Below, piece after piece: positions 47,007-60,100 of a DNA stretch of 64,000 nucleotides (within the stretch, counting starts at the first letter, position 1; every line of letters begins with the position of its first letter). Location: NCBI RefSeq assembly GCF_025526975.1, contig NW_026515671.1, forward strand, positions 248,001 through 312,000, given 5' to 3'. The DNA comes from Fimicolochytrium jonesii (taxonomy: Eukaryota). The translations under genes were made by a program, and so were the position numbers. The notes under the pieces are model-generated. The model saw only the letters and a list, made by a program, of their open reading frames with translations. It did not search any database and had not been told where the DNA came from.

Positions 47007-50003
47007 TGAAACAAGAATTCGTCGCTGCCAAGATATTAGCTGCGCCAAACTACGAAGAAGACACACCCCTGTTTATTATTACGACCGACGCTACACCCAT
47101 TTCATGGGGAGCGATACTCTCCCAAGTTGATCCCAAAGGAAGAGAAAGACCGATACAATTTGAAAGTTGATTGTTTACTGAACAGCAACGAAATACCTAC
47201 CCGATAGTCAAACTCGAATCACTCGGAGCCTACAAAGGAGTTCGCAAATTACGAACTTACGTTTGGGGCAGACGTTTCGAGCTCAGAATTGACGCCAAAC
47301 CCTTGATTCAACTACTACAAAAACCCGAATTCCCCGACAGTACCATCACGCGATGGGTAGCACAGTTAATGCTATTCGACTTTGAAATCAAACATATCAA
47401 AGGAGGAAAGAACCCCGCGGACGGACTTTCTTGAAAACCCTGAGCAGACGATGATACCGACACCGAAAACGAAGACTCCGACGATTCGGAAATGCACGTT
47501 TTACGAGTCAACTCAGCAACGACCGAATGGAAAAGTGATTTGAATGAAATTCCAATACCTGACCCATATGACCGTACCTACGCGATACAAGTATCCCAGC
47601 CAACGAAGAAAAATCCGAAACCGATGTACCCGATACGCTCTACGATCATCTTTTCTTACGAAATGGAAGGCTGAAACCACCCCTGCGAATCATCGAAAAT
47701 GAACAGGATCAAGAAGAAATTATTCGATTCATGCACGAGAGCAAGGAAGGCGGAGGACATCGAGGCATCCTCGCTACATTTCAGAAGATACGACAACGCT
47801 ATTACTGGCCAAGACTATACAAAGAAGTGAAGGCCTACGTTCAATCCTGCAACAACTGCCAATTCAGAGACCCGCGACGTGAATTTGAACCGCTTTATAT
47901 CGAAATCCGAACGACACGACCCTTCCAGAAATGCGGACTAGACTTCGTATTTATCACAAAAGGAACAAACGCAAATGAAGGAGGGATGATTTTACGAGAT
48001 GACGCAACCGCTTACCCTGAAGGACGAATGATCAGAGGCAAGCCAACTGCACACAAGATTGCTGCTTTCTTATATGAAGAAGTATTCTGCCGACACGGAC
48101 CGATTGAAAACCTAGTATCCGATGGTGGACCTGAAAACGTCAACGAAATCGTACGACATCTTACCGAACGATACGGTGTCAAACACCAAATCACAACTGC
48201 ATATCACCCGCAAGCGAATGGATTAGTAGAAAGAGGACATGCTCCGATCATCGAAAGTCTTTTTTGAACCGCACCGACTCCGAGAGAATGGCCAACCGTA
48301 TTCCCTGCTGCATTATGGGCAGATCGAGTTACCACGAAACGAACGACACAGTTTACACCCTTCTATATGATTTATGGAAGAGACGCCGTACTACCTATTG
48401 AACTCACATACGAAACATGGATGATAGTACCGAATCTTTAACAACCCATGACAACCGAGACACTCCTACAACACCGCATTAAACAATTCTGATACAGAGA
48501 TAAAGATCTGAGGCTAGCGACAGAGCGACTAATCGCAAGCCAAAAAGCGAACAAGAAGTATTGGGAGAAACGACACCGAATCAGAAATCGACCTTTTGAA
48601 CCCGGCGATATCGTTCTCCTGCACAACATGAAACTATTGACTCAACAAACCGGCAAGACCGACAACAATGGTTTGGACCGTACAGAATTACCAAATCCAA
48701 CGACAATGGCTCGTATTATATCGAAGAATTAGACCGGACACCGATACGCAAACCTGTAGCCGGAGACCGATTGAAGATATTTCGAACTCGAACCCAGACA
48801 CAACCAATAGTCGAAGACAATACAGAAGATGAAGAAGAAACAGACGAAGAAGACAACATTACGGACGAGAATTGATGAGCACATCAATATTTGACAAAAG
48901 GAAAGATGTAGTAGTGCGCTTCGAACTGCGCATGAAATCGATAATATTTCGACGCCAATTATACGCCTAGAATCTTCAACAAGCGAATGAAATCACCTTT
49001 ATACGACAACGTAAAAATACCGTCAAAAGTTCCAACAATAAATCGACACACTCGCGTTCCCGACACTCTGACGTTTACCAAATACAACCACGTTTACCGA
49101 AACCTTGCTTCACAACAACGTTTTTTCCTCGGATACGACTGACATGCGAGAGATGTAGGCATAGGAGAGGAACACATGAAAGCGCCCCCAACCCAACTCT
49201 CAACCAACCAGAAGCTCACACGACGCCCGAAATGCTGAAGAAACCAACTGCGAAACGAGAAAACCAATTTCCGGTGGCCGTATACGCCGAACGTTGCAGA
49301 AAACCCCAAGAAAAGATTAGCAATAAGACTGTATCAGCGCCAAAATTGCGAATGGAAAAAGGAAAAACTACGTAGACCGCCGCAGGAAAAGAGAAAAAGA
49401 CCCGATGTAGCTAAATCCTCTAGAGACGACTAGTAGAGAGTTTGGACTTCGACAAACTGCAGTAGCCTAGAAAGATCCATATAAAAACCCACCTGTTTTC
49501 CCCAGACCTTTGTACGATAGGCAAGACTCAGATCTGTGTACGCAGAACACAGATCCCGATCAACAACAGAGCTTTCTACTTCTCTACTCCTAACGACTTC
49601 TTCCAGTTTCAGATAGACTTTCAAGGCGCGCTCACAGACTCTGAGAGCATAGACAAGACGACCCTGAGGGTCGCGACTTGTACTTTGCTGACGTCGCCGA
49701 GGACTTGATAGTTCAGGAATCTCGGAAGAAGAGCTGAGAGTGAGATTGGATAACCCCGTCGTATTGTTTCGCAGTCAAACCTGCAGATATTTCCGAGTTC
49801 GTATTTCGTACCCGTACCCGTAATTCCCGACCCCGTTTAAGAAGAAGGACTCCTTTCAAAGCACCTGGATATTAAGGTTGCAAGACGACGCTCTCGCCTG
49901 AGATCTCTTCTTGTGCTATTGAGAGACCGGCAGCTTATCTTTCCCAACACCCAGCCGTACCCATCGATTCGACAGACCCTCGCTTCTGCCGGCCACCACC
50001 ACA
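47007..50003 (+). mobile_element. Degenerate Ty3/gypsy 3' half (RNase H, integrase) with PPT and a 3' LTR of about 1.1 kb (48907-50003)
   Basis: TTDA..GAILSQ, GGGHRG..RYYWP..CNNCQ, SDGGPE, YHPQANGLVERGH; AAAAGGAAAGA PPT, then TGTAGTAGTG...CACCACCACA. Confidence 0.85.
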
Positions 50004-51890
50004 GCGTCTTACGACCCGGAGCAAGATTTATAGTGTTCACGGATGCATCGGTTTTTGCAATAGGCGGATGGCTTGCCCAGCCGGCGAATCCATCAGAGCA
50101 TTACCCATCACCGTTGCCTACCTCAGTAAACGGATTTAAGAATCTGCCACCGTTAAAGCCGATAGCTTTCTTTGGGCGGAAGATGCAACCCGCTGAAACA
50201 CGTTACCCCTTGCACAAACAAGAGCTATTAGCTCTGGTTAGCATATGCAAGGCAAACAGGCATTACTTGCAGGATCGGACAAATGACCGCCCGTTTCGCG
50301 CGTTCACCGATCACGCTAGTTTGGTCTGGCTGCAGACACAGCCCTTCCTGAGCCATTGCCAAGCATGATGGGTTGAATTCCTGCAACAATCCAAATTTGA
50401 TATTGAATATCAACCTGGTCGTTGGAACACCGTCGCGGATGTGTTGAGTCGTAATCCTTATTACGCTCCTTGCTGCGCCGAGTGTAACAAGCAAGTGGAA
50501 ATCGCTGCGGCCTTGGGGATGTCCGTCGAGTATATTCCTTTGGGGAATGTTACGCTTGAGGATTGGATACGAACCTTGGAGGCTGATGAGTACTTCGCTT
50601 TGCGGAAAGAGGCGTTGTCACAGCCAAAGGAACGACAGTCAACATTCGATCGCCGTTTTTCGATCGATGACTATGGTTGTTTACTGTACCACGATAAGTT
50701 CTATGTGCCAGCTGCTTTACGAGGAACTGTATTGCAGGCGTACCACAACTCGTTGCTATCTGGCTCGCATACGGGGGTACAAGGTACATTGGGCAAACTC
50801 CTACGTGAGTTTTACTGGCCCGATATGGACGCAGATGTGAGAGGGTACATCAAGACTTGTGGGTCTTGCCAAAGGTTCAAGTCGCTGAACAGTAAGTGCG
50901 TTGGCTTACTTCGTTCGCTCCCAGTTCCCGACCGACGTTGGCACACAATGGGTATGGACCCTGTCTGGATGCCAATAACACGGTCATTGGGGGGGAAGGT
51001 GCAGAGTGATGCGTTTTACGACAGTTTTATTGTCTTCATCGACTATCTGTCAGGGTGCGCATACTTTATACCTGCGGCATCCACGATAACTGCCGAGGAG
51101 TTGGCCCATCTTTACTTCCGTGAAATATGGCGCCATACAGGTACTGCAGCTCTGATCGTCGGAGATCGAGATCCCCGCTACCTGGCAGATTTCTGGAAGG
51201 TGTTTCAATCGTTGTTGGGCTCAAAGCAGAGCTTGAGCACGGCACGACCCCAACAGATGGACGGAAAGGTCGAACGGTGTATCTCTATCTTGAAGAAGAT
51301 GATTAAACCGTACCTTAATGTAACGGGAGACGATTGGGTTGACAAACTACCGATGTTGGAGTTTGCCTACAACCGTACGCAGAACAGCACTGGATACTGC
51401 CCTTTCGAGGTTGATTTGGGTAGAATTCCGCAGGCGCCGATGCATTGGCAAGTTGACACAAAGGTGTTGCAACGTATGGACGATATCTCGATCCCATTCT
51501 TGCATAAGTCACAATGTGAGCTCATCAAACAGATGGAGAAGCGTGCTGAGGCATACCGATCCATTGAACTCATAGTGCAGCAGAAACTGCAGGAAGCCCA
51601 GGACAAACAAGCGAAGTATCACGATCGTGGACGTCGTGTACAGAGCTTTCGTCCAGGAGATAAAGTCCTGTTGAACAGCGATGGGATAACGATCCCTGCT
51701 TTCAATAAGAAGCCGCTCAAGTTTAGACAGAGCTGGCTAGGACCCTTCATTGTGAAGAGGGAAGGACCACACCCGGAAACATACGAGTTAGAGCTGCCAG
51801 CTTTGATGGGCGCTTTATACCCGGTCTTCCATACGGATATCTTTAAGCCTTGGCACAAGCCGACTTCAGATCCGCACGCTGCAGGGGGGG
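50004..51890 (+). mobile_element. Degenerate Ty3/gypsy RNase H plus integrase, same family as 42770-45066
   Basis: VFTDAS..IGGWLAQ, AETRYPLHKQELLA, HTGVQGT..FYWP..CGSCQ, DRDPRY, DGKVER, WLGPF, PVFH. Confidence 0.88.
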
Positions 51891-53545
51891 ATTCTGAGCT
51901 CCCTGACGCATCTCCCAACCCACAATCTGACACTGATCAATGGGCAGAGGCCCCAGAGGACCTAGACGACCAGGAAGACCAGGAAGATGACGACTTGGTG
52001 CACTACGGACGCATCACATGCTCCCAGAGCACTCGAATACGCCAAAGCAACCTTGCCTATGCCCTGGCCACCGAAGTACTGCACACAGAGCCCAAAACCC
52101 TCAAGCAAGCTCTAAACTCCAACGACTCAGCCAAGTGGAAGGAAGCCATGGAGGCTGAATACGTATCCCTTGTCAAGAACGGCACCTGGGAGCTCTGTCC
52201 GGCACCCAAAGATAGCAACCTTGTTGGATGCAAGTGGATTCACAAGATCAAGACGAATGCTGAAGGCAGTATCGAACGCTACCAGGCCAGACTATCCGCC
52301 CAAGGCTTCTCACAAGAATAGGGAGTTGACTAGAACGAAACATTCGCACCAGTGGCCAAGTTCGACACCATTCGGCTACTCTTGTTGTGGGGAGCAGCAC
52401 AGGACCTCGAAATGGACCAAATGGACGTGTCCACCGCATTCCTGAACCCGACACTCAGTGAGGAGATCTATATGAAGCAGCCACCGGGCTACATCAAGCC
52501 AGGAGAAGAGCATCTTGTGCTTAAACTCAAGAAGACACTCTATGGTCTCAAACAAGCCCCCAGGGAGTGGTACATCGAAATCCATGGCACTCTCGTTGAG
52601 AAAGGCTTCACTCGTCTTGATTCAGACCATTGCGTCTATATCAGGTTCTTTGAGGGCTGGCTACTCATCCTGATCCTCTATATGGACGATCTCATACTTA
52701 TGAGGCACAAGAGACTCGATCTTGACAGCTTCAAGGCCAAGGAACTTCAAAAGGCGTACGAAATGCGTGATCTAGGTGCCCTGCACTACTTCCTGGGTCT
52801 TTTAGTCCCTCGAGACCGAGCCAAACGACTCCTGACGCTCAACCAGACTGGGTACATCGAAAAATGTCTTGAAACATACGGGATGACCGATTGCAAGCCT
52901 GTATCAACTCCCAGCGTCGTGGGAAGCCCTCTCACCAAGGAAATGACACCTCAAACGCCTGAAGAGACTGCAGAGATGCAGAACAAGCCCTATCGAGCGA
53001 TTGTAGGCAGTCTGATCTCTGCAATGTTCGGCACAAGACCAGACATAGCCCAAGCAGTTGGAGCTGTGAGCTAGTTCTTAGCCAATCCAGGCAAAGGACA
53101 TTGGAAAGCTGCCAAACGCATTCTGGCGTATCTCAGGACGACCAAACACTTCCAACTTCGACTGGGAGCCGTCCAAGAAACCCCCAAACTCGTGGGATGG
53201 TCAGACTCAGACTGAGGAGGCTGCCCAGACACTCGAAGATCGACCACAGGATACCTCTTCACCTTCTGCGGTCCAGTAAGCTGGAAATCACGCACACAAC
53301 GCACTACAGCACTCCCCTCCACCGAAGGCGAATACATGGCACTCACAGACGCCTGTAAAGAAGCCATGTGGCTCAGATCTCTACTCAGAGAACTGAGCAC
53401 GCACCAAGACCAGACAGGACTCGTTCAAGGCCCCACAGTCATCTGGGAAGACAACCAAGGAGCTATGACACTCGCCACAAACCCAGTTCACCATGCACGA
53501 ACCAAGCACATCGACATCTGAAACCACGTCATTCGTGAACAATTG
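51890..53545 (+). mobile_element. Degenerate Ty1/copia RT plus RNase H (different family from copia A and B)
   Basis: EPKTLKQAL, KNGTWEL, QMDVSTAFL, LYGLKQAPR, YMDD, TRPDIA, STEGEY, HARTKHIDI; in-frame stops. Confidence 0.9.
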
Positions 53546-53929
53546 ATCAGGTTGTATTAGCTAGATTGGGTTTTATTGAGCTGGTGGAAGCCTGTAGCAA
53601 CTTCCGCGGGCTCCGCGGACTTGGCAGACGTCCATGGGGGCATTAGCAGGCTACACAGACTTGGCAAAACCTTACCAACCTTAACTGCGGCACTCAGAGA
53701 CGCCTTGGGCGTTCTGAAGGGGTCGCAGAGGGTGCTTTGGACGCCCCAGCACATAGCTAAATCCCCAAGAAAGAAGCCCCAGATTTGTGTAAAAGGCAGA
53801 CCTGTTGCCCGTCCCCTCTCTTCACGTTATCCTCTTCAATACACCACTTTCTATCGCACTACTCTAGCCACACTACCGTCTTCTACATCACAACACTGCC
53901 CTTTGGGCAGCTTCGTCCCTCAGTCATCG

Positions 53930-55628
53930 GCGAACCAGTCTTAGTGACCTCTCAGATACACCTATATCAGCTAAGGTTTCAATACTTCCGACTTCAAAGA
54001 TATCAAATCCGATCGTTGGCCATCTTCCTACACGGTATGGGAAGAGGTTGGAGAAATCCATATGGATGATGACCAGGTTTGAATCGTCAACAGGATTTGC
54101 AAGTTCCAACATATCTGGGAACGTCGCAGCATGCGGGAGGCCAGTAGTATTGTGTAAGAATCCTTGCAAGAGTCTTATTAAAACTGAGATGTCCTCCGGT
54201 GGTGAGATCATCATGGAATTGCCGTGAGATTGTTGCGAATATCTTCAGGAACGTATAAACATCCTTCAGGTTCCATTCCATTTTCGAACGTATAGCAAAG
54301 TTGTCTAGAAGGTTTCTTGTGTTGAGGCTTCCGAGAAACTTCGTCTAGGTAATCCAAATGGGTCTTCGCGTACCGCAATTTTCCATTCTTCCTCTTGGTA
54401 GGTAGGTGAGCTTTGTCTGTTGTAGCGTTGAAGGAAGCTTCACCGGCAAGCGCGTTGCTGATCTGCGTATGCATGTCAAGGCGAGATTGACAATCTATAC
54501 ACCGAGGCACATAGATTGGATTGCGAGAAAGCATATCGGCTATGATTCCACCATCCAGGTAGATACTGGATGTCGAAGTCATACTCTTGTAGCTTCTCCA
54601 CCCATTTGGCTGGTCTTCTGCTCAAGTGGGGTTGCGTTTGGATGAATTCGAGTCCCTTGTGGTCGCTGAAACTTCGGAAGTAATGACCAATGAGATATGG
54701 TCTATTGGCGAGCAACATCTTCACAAGAGCTAGGAGCTCTTGTTTGTGCATAGGATATTGAGTTTCTGCATCCTTCATCTTCCTTGAGGAAATAATTTGT
54801 TAAACCGAGGAAGCTCTGAACTCCTTTGGTTGATCTTAGAGTAGGCCAATCCTTAATAGCTTGGATCTTTGAGGGCGCAATGCGAACACCATGTCCTCCG
54901 ACAATATGTCCTCACCATTCGATTTCTTCCTTGGCCCATACACACTTTGAATGTTTGATGAAAAGGGCATGTTCTTCGAGCTTCTTCAGGATACAATCAA
55001 CTTGTTCCCGATGTTCGGCAAGAGTTTTTGAAAAAATGAGGACAATGTCCAAATAAGTAGGAAGGAATTCGTCATAGTCTTTATGAAAGATCTTATTCAT
55101 AAGTCGTTGAAATGCGGCAGGTGCATTGGTTAGCCCGAATGGCATAACCAAGTGTTCGAAGTTTCCCAATCGAGTTTGTATTGCTGTTTTCTCTTGATCT
55201 TGTCTGCCTATAAGAAGAGAATGGTATGCTTCTCGAATGTCGGTAAGCGTAAACCATTCACAACCTTGATTCCGATCCCTCATCTCACAAATATTGGGTA
55301 AAGGAGTACGATCTTTCTTGGTGATGGAGTTGAGACCTAGATAGTCCCAACAAATACGTAGTTTGCCATCTTCCTTCTTGGCAAAAACGACACTAGCTCT
55401 CCATGGACTTGAGGAGTGTTGTATCCATCCTTTTTCGAGCATAACGGAGATTTGCTTCCTGAGCTCAGCGAGCTCTTCCTTGTTCATGTGACAGAGAGGT
55501 TGCCAAATGGGTTCAGCACCTTCAGTGAGTTCTATCTTGAAGTTGTCTTTTCCACGATCAGGAGGTATACCTTCTGGTTCCTTGAAGAGCGTATCGACGT
55601 ATTTATCTAGGATATCCTTAAAGAACAC
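53930..55628 (-). mobile_element. Degenerate Ty3/gypsy pol (RT, RNase H, integrase N-terminus)
   Basis: KEDGKLRICWDY, MPFGLTNAPAAFQ, YPMHKQELLA, GGHLSFNKT..YYWP..CKSC; frameshifts and deletions. Confidence 0.85.
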
Positions 55629-56199
55629 TTGTCTTGACGGCTTGAGGACGCGATTGAAAGCAGATGCAGCCGACGATGACTTCCTCGATGTCGTACATCA
55701 AATGAAGCAGAACCGATTCGATCTGGCTCCTATGATCACCACCGACACGAAACTTACCACGCAGGCAGGAATTGCCAAAGTTATCAAGCACGCTTCACTC
55801 TCCAGAAGAGACATTGCTCAAGGAATGTTGGAGATCCTTTGTAACGCTGTCATAAAGTCTGGCACCGATGTAGTCAAAAGATGCACGATTTATCGCACAC
55901 CAGTGCTATTGGAGACCAGGGCTATTTGGAAGTCAAATAGCACCAACTTTGCGATGCACCTATGCGCTGGAATATCACACCAGTGCTATTACAGGACCAG
56001 CAGTACGTCGTTGTATGTACATCTGTTTCGAAAGCACAGGACTGGGCAATTCAATTCAAGAACATTACCAAAGCCAATCGCTTGAGGGCAGCCTGGATTT
56101 GGGCACATCTCCCGTCGTCACCCGGCCTTGCTAAGTTACGTCCCAGATCTTGAGTTCAGCATTGCACTCAGCACCCCATCCTCCGACACCCTGTCTGAC

Positions 56200-57129
56200 A
56201 TGGGTGATGATCACTACCCTATCCTCACTCCAATGGAGGCAGACGAGGCCCTCTCACAGTTCCCCGCAGGCCAGGAAGAGCCAGAGTCTGAAGTCTACAA
56301 CAGAGGCCGCCGCAATTCCTTTGACCGGCGTCAGGAAGAGTGGGACTACACTCAGAGAATGTCGAAGGAGGGTGAGGACCAGGACAATAAGCCCAGTGCC
56401 GTGCCTTGCAAACCAGGCCCTGACGATACCATTGCCATCACTTTGCCTTTGAAGAGGAAGCTGATTCCTGAGAATCTTGCGCCAAGATTTTGACCGTTGT
56501 CCGAGGAGGAGATACAGAGGATTAATGAGGCAGACAAAAACCTGAACACCGTTCGCTCTACAAAGACATGGGTCAAAAAGTGGAACCAGTACAAGGAAGA
56601 GTGCCACTTGACTAAGAAGATGGCACTGTCAACGTTGCTCAATTGAACAAGGTGAGAACCCACAACTGCTTCCGCACAGTCCATTTGTTTGACCTCAAAG
56701 CTGATATCTACTTCACGCAAACCATCTAGGACTTGGAGGCCTTCATCATTCAGGTCAAAATGGACAACGGGGAAGGGTTTTGTGACTCCAGCTTGGATAC
56801 TGGCTTTGGTAGTCTTGGCCGCTATTTCAAACTCAAAGGGGAGGAAAACAACCGGGTTGTCAATATTCAGTCTGACACTGAGTTCCGTGGTGCACGTACT
56901 ATTCTCAACGTGAGGATGGCCGACCTACATAAGATGGGCAATGGTGGGACCACGCAGCCTCTGACCTCAGCCTTGAAGAATTTCGCACTATGCTGGGTTC
57001 AGCCTTCTGCTCAGTGGACACGCCGGAAGGCCTTCTCCACTGCGTTTACCTCTACCTGTCAGTCTTCCTTGTTGAGCGTGGAGGAGAGGCAAGCCGCATG
57101 GAGGTTACAGATCTGAAGCTGAAGATGAT
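56200..57129 (+). mobile_element. Crypton-like (DUF3504/ZMYM-QRICH1-type tyrosine recombinase) remnant with an intron, truncated by a copia LTR
   Basis: NTVRSTKTWVKKW; FIIQVKMDNGE..SSL..LGRY; F..ARTIL..RMADL..GNG; LSLEE..DTPEGLL..VY..ERGGE..DL; intron about 56652-56729. Confidence 0.7.
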
Positions 57130-60100
57130 TCTTGTGGTTATAGGAAGTAGCCGATGAAGAGTAGAACCATTACTGTATTACTATTAGTTATATCTATTAC
57201 ATTCTTAGGTGTCGGGCACTTCACTCCTAGCCGTCTGCGCAGACTGCTGAAGCGAAGGCTTACTAATGACGGCGTTTGACAGGATTAGGGATAGGGTTAG
57301 GGATAGCTCACGTCTCTGCACAACACTCCCCCGACGCGAAATGCCCAAACAACCCTAAAATCCGGCTGTCCACATCGCCGACGACTGCATACCCCTCTTC
57401 TTCTTCCATATCCGACCCCATCCAACCGGTCCAGATTCATTTCCCCTCTCATTGGGCAACTTCGACCACATCCGCTCTTGTTTACGGCTCTCTTTGTCTC
57501 AATCCGCATAGTGCCCGGAGGTGAACAAAGGCTGGTTTCGGGAGGGCTTTCGTCTGGATGTCGGCGACCATTTCTTTTGTTGATATATACTGAATATCTA
57601 CTTTGTTTTCAGCCACGAGTTCCCGAATGAAATGGTGTCAAAGGTCGATGTGTTTTGTCCTCTGATGATCTACCGGATTATTGGCGAGTTTTATGGCGGC
57701 TTGGTTGTCCTCATAGATCAGGACGGGCTGGGGCTCGTCAGGGACCCCCAGGATTTCCCTTTTCAACCGAGAGAGTCAGATCGCTTCCTTAGCCGCCTCT
57801 CCAAGCGCCACATATTCTGCTTCCGCTGTGGATACCGTCATGTTTTTCTGCCGTTGGGATTTCCAGGATAAAGCTCCCCCATTCAAGGTGAACGTATAGC
57901 CCGAAACCGACCGTCTCGTCTCTTCACACTTCGCGAAATCCGCATCACTGTATGCCCGCAGCTCGTTATCTGATTCGCCATATTGCAGGACAAGCGTTTT
58001 GGTCTTGGCAATATAACTGAAAACCCGCTTGACGGCTTTCATATGAGTTTGCGAGGGTTTGGCTAAGTACTGAGAGTGTTTGGATACGGCGAATGCGATG
58101 TCTGGTCGGGTTCCAACCAGTAAGTACATCAATGACCCGATCATTGACTGGTACGTTTTGACGTCTGCCGGCTTCTCCTCCTCCGCAGTCATAACTTCTA
58201 GTTTCACATTTGGGTCCAGCGGAGTGTCGTGCGGTTGCATCTGTTCCAGCCCGAATTTTCGCAGGATGTCGCTTATATACTTCTGCTGTCCAATAGTGAG
58301 GGTCCGCTGGGTGCGATTTCGTCTCACTTCTATTCCTAGGAGGTGGGAGAGCTCCCCCATGTCCTCCATTTCGAAGCGCAATTTCAGCTCTTCTTTAATA
58401 GCGTCCCGTTCGGATTTACTGGTTGAAAGGATGGTCAAATCATCGACGTAGACGGCAATGATAATGAAACCTCGTCCAATGCGCTTTATATAAAGAGCAT
58501 AGTCCAGTTTTGACACATTGAAGCCCTTCTCCCGGAGGTAAGCGTCCAAGACCTTATTCCATAACCGGGGCGACTGTTTAAGGCCGTATAGGGAACGTTT
58601 GAGTTGAACAACGGTACCGTCGGGCAGGCGAAGGTATATTACGGTGTCGAGGTTCCCATTCAGGAAGGCGGTTTTCACGTCCATCTGATGGATTTCTAGG
58701 TCGTGTGCCGCTGCAATGGCCAACAACATCCGCAACGTGTTGAATTTTACGACGGGCGCAAACGTTTCATGATAATCTATCCCCTCTCTCTGCGTGAAAC
58801 CCCTTGCGACTAGACGAGCTTTGAACTTCTTTATGGTGTTGTCAGGGTTGCGCTTTACTTTGAATACCCACTTAGAATCTACTGTGTGTCCAGAGTGGTT
58901 TTGACCGGGATTTTGGGCGCTCTGGTCATCGGGTTTTGGACCAGAATTCTGGGCGTCCCCAGAAATTCGGTGGTCAACCCATCGACCGGGTGCTTCCCAG
59001 GTTCCATTCTTTGCATGGGATGCAAGTTCCTCTTCCATAGCGGCTTGCCATTTGCGTGCGTATGGAGATTTCATAGCGGCTTTCAGTGTGGAGGGTTCGT
59101 CTGTGTCTACCGTCGCTGCTAAGAGCTCTGCGCCGGGTCCTGATCCGGGTTCAGCTCCAAGGTACTGACTCCCGTCGTCTTCGACCCCCAGAAATTCCGA
59201 CAACGCTACTGCGTCCTTCACAAATTCATAGGGTTCCCAAGTGGGGTCGTCAAACCCTACCCACTTAACAAGGTATTCCTTCTCCCCCAAATCTCCATCC
59301 CCACGCCACAAAAGCATCTTTTCAACGGCGTATTCAGCATCTGAGTTTGATTCAGGGATGGATTCGCTACGACTGTTGTTTTCTTTGAAAGTGACGTCCC
59401 GGGATTCAAAGATCTCCAACGTTTCTTCATCAATGAGTCGGTATGTGCCATGTTTGGTGGCATGGTAGCCAAGAAGCCGCAACGGGCCTAGCGCCCATGC
59501 CGAAAGCTTACTTCTCCTCTTTTGTTTAGGGATGTGAAGGAAGGCTTCACTCCACGGTGTCCGCAAATTCGAGATATCTGCGGGTCGTCCGTACCATCTA
59601 TGGTATGGGGTCGTTCCGGTTGCACTGGCCGGCGTCCGCTGTCTAAGATAATTGACCAATACAGCCAATTCATTCCATAGATTTTCTGGGACATTACTAA
59701 TCCACATTATGGCCCGAATTTGGTCCATAATAGTCCGGTTGAAGCGCTCCGCAATCCCGTTTTGTTGGGAAGAGTATGGCTGCGTCGGAACCAGCGAGAT
59801 CCCTGCTTCCTTTAATTCATCCAGCATCTCGGTCGACATGTATTCCCCCCCGTTGTCGCAGCGCAACTCTTTGATCTTCCCATTACAATGGCGCTCTGCA
59901 AACGCTTTAAACTCTTTCCACTTCTGGTGCACCTCGCTCTTATTTTTCAAGATGTAGATTACTGACCATCTCGAAAACTCGTCAATAAACGTGAGGATGT
60001 ACCGCTTTCCATTAAAAGATTTCGTTTTAGGACCGACGTCCAATACATCTGAGTGGATCCTGTCCAATAATTTGGTTGCAGGCCGGGGGTTTTGCCCAGT

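Noticed and set aside
55630..56150. Plus-strand ORF 55507-56085 upstream of the Crypton-like remnant
   Set aside because: It starts inside the antisense gypsy RT and has no motif I recognise; it may belong to the Crypton-like element but that is unsupported.
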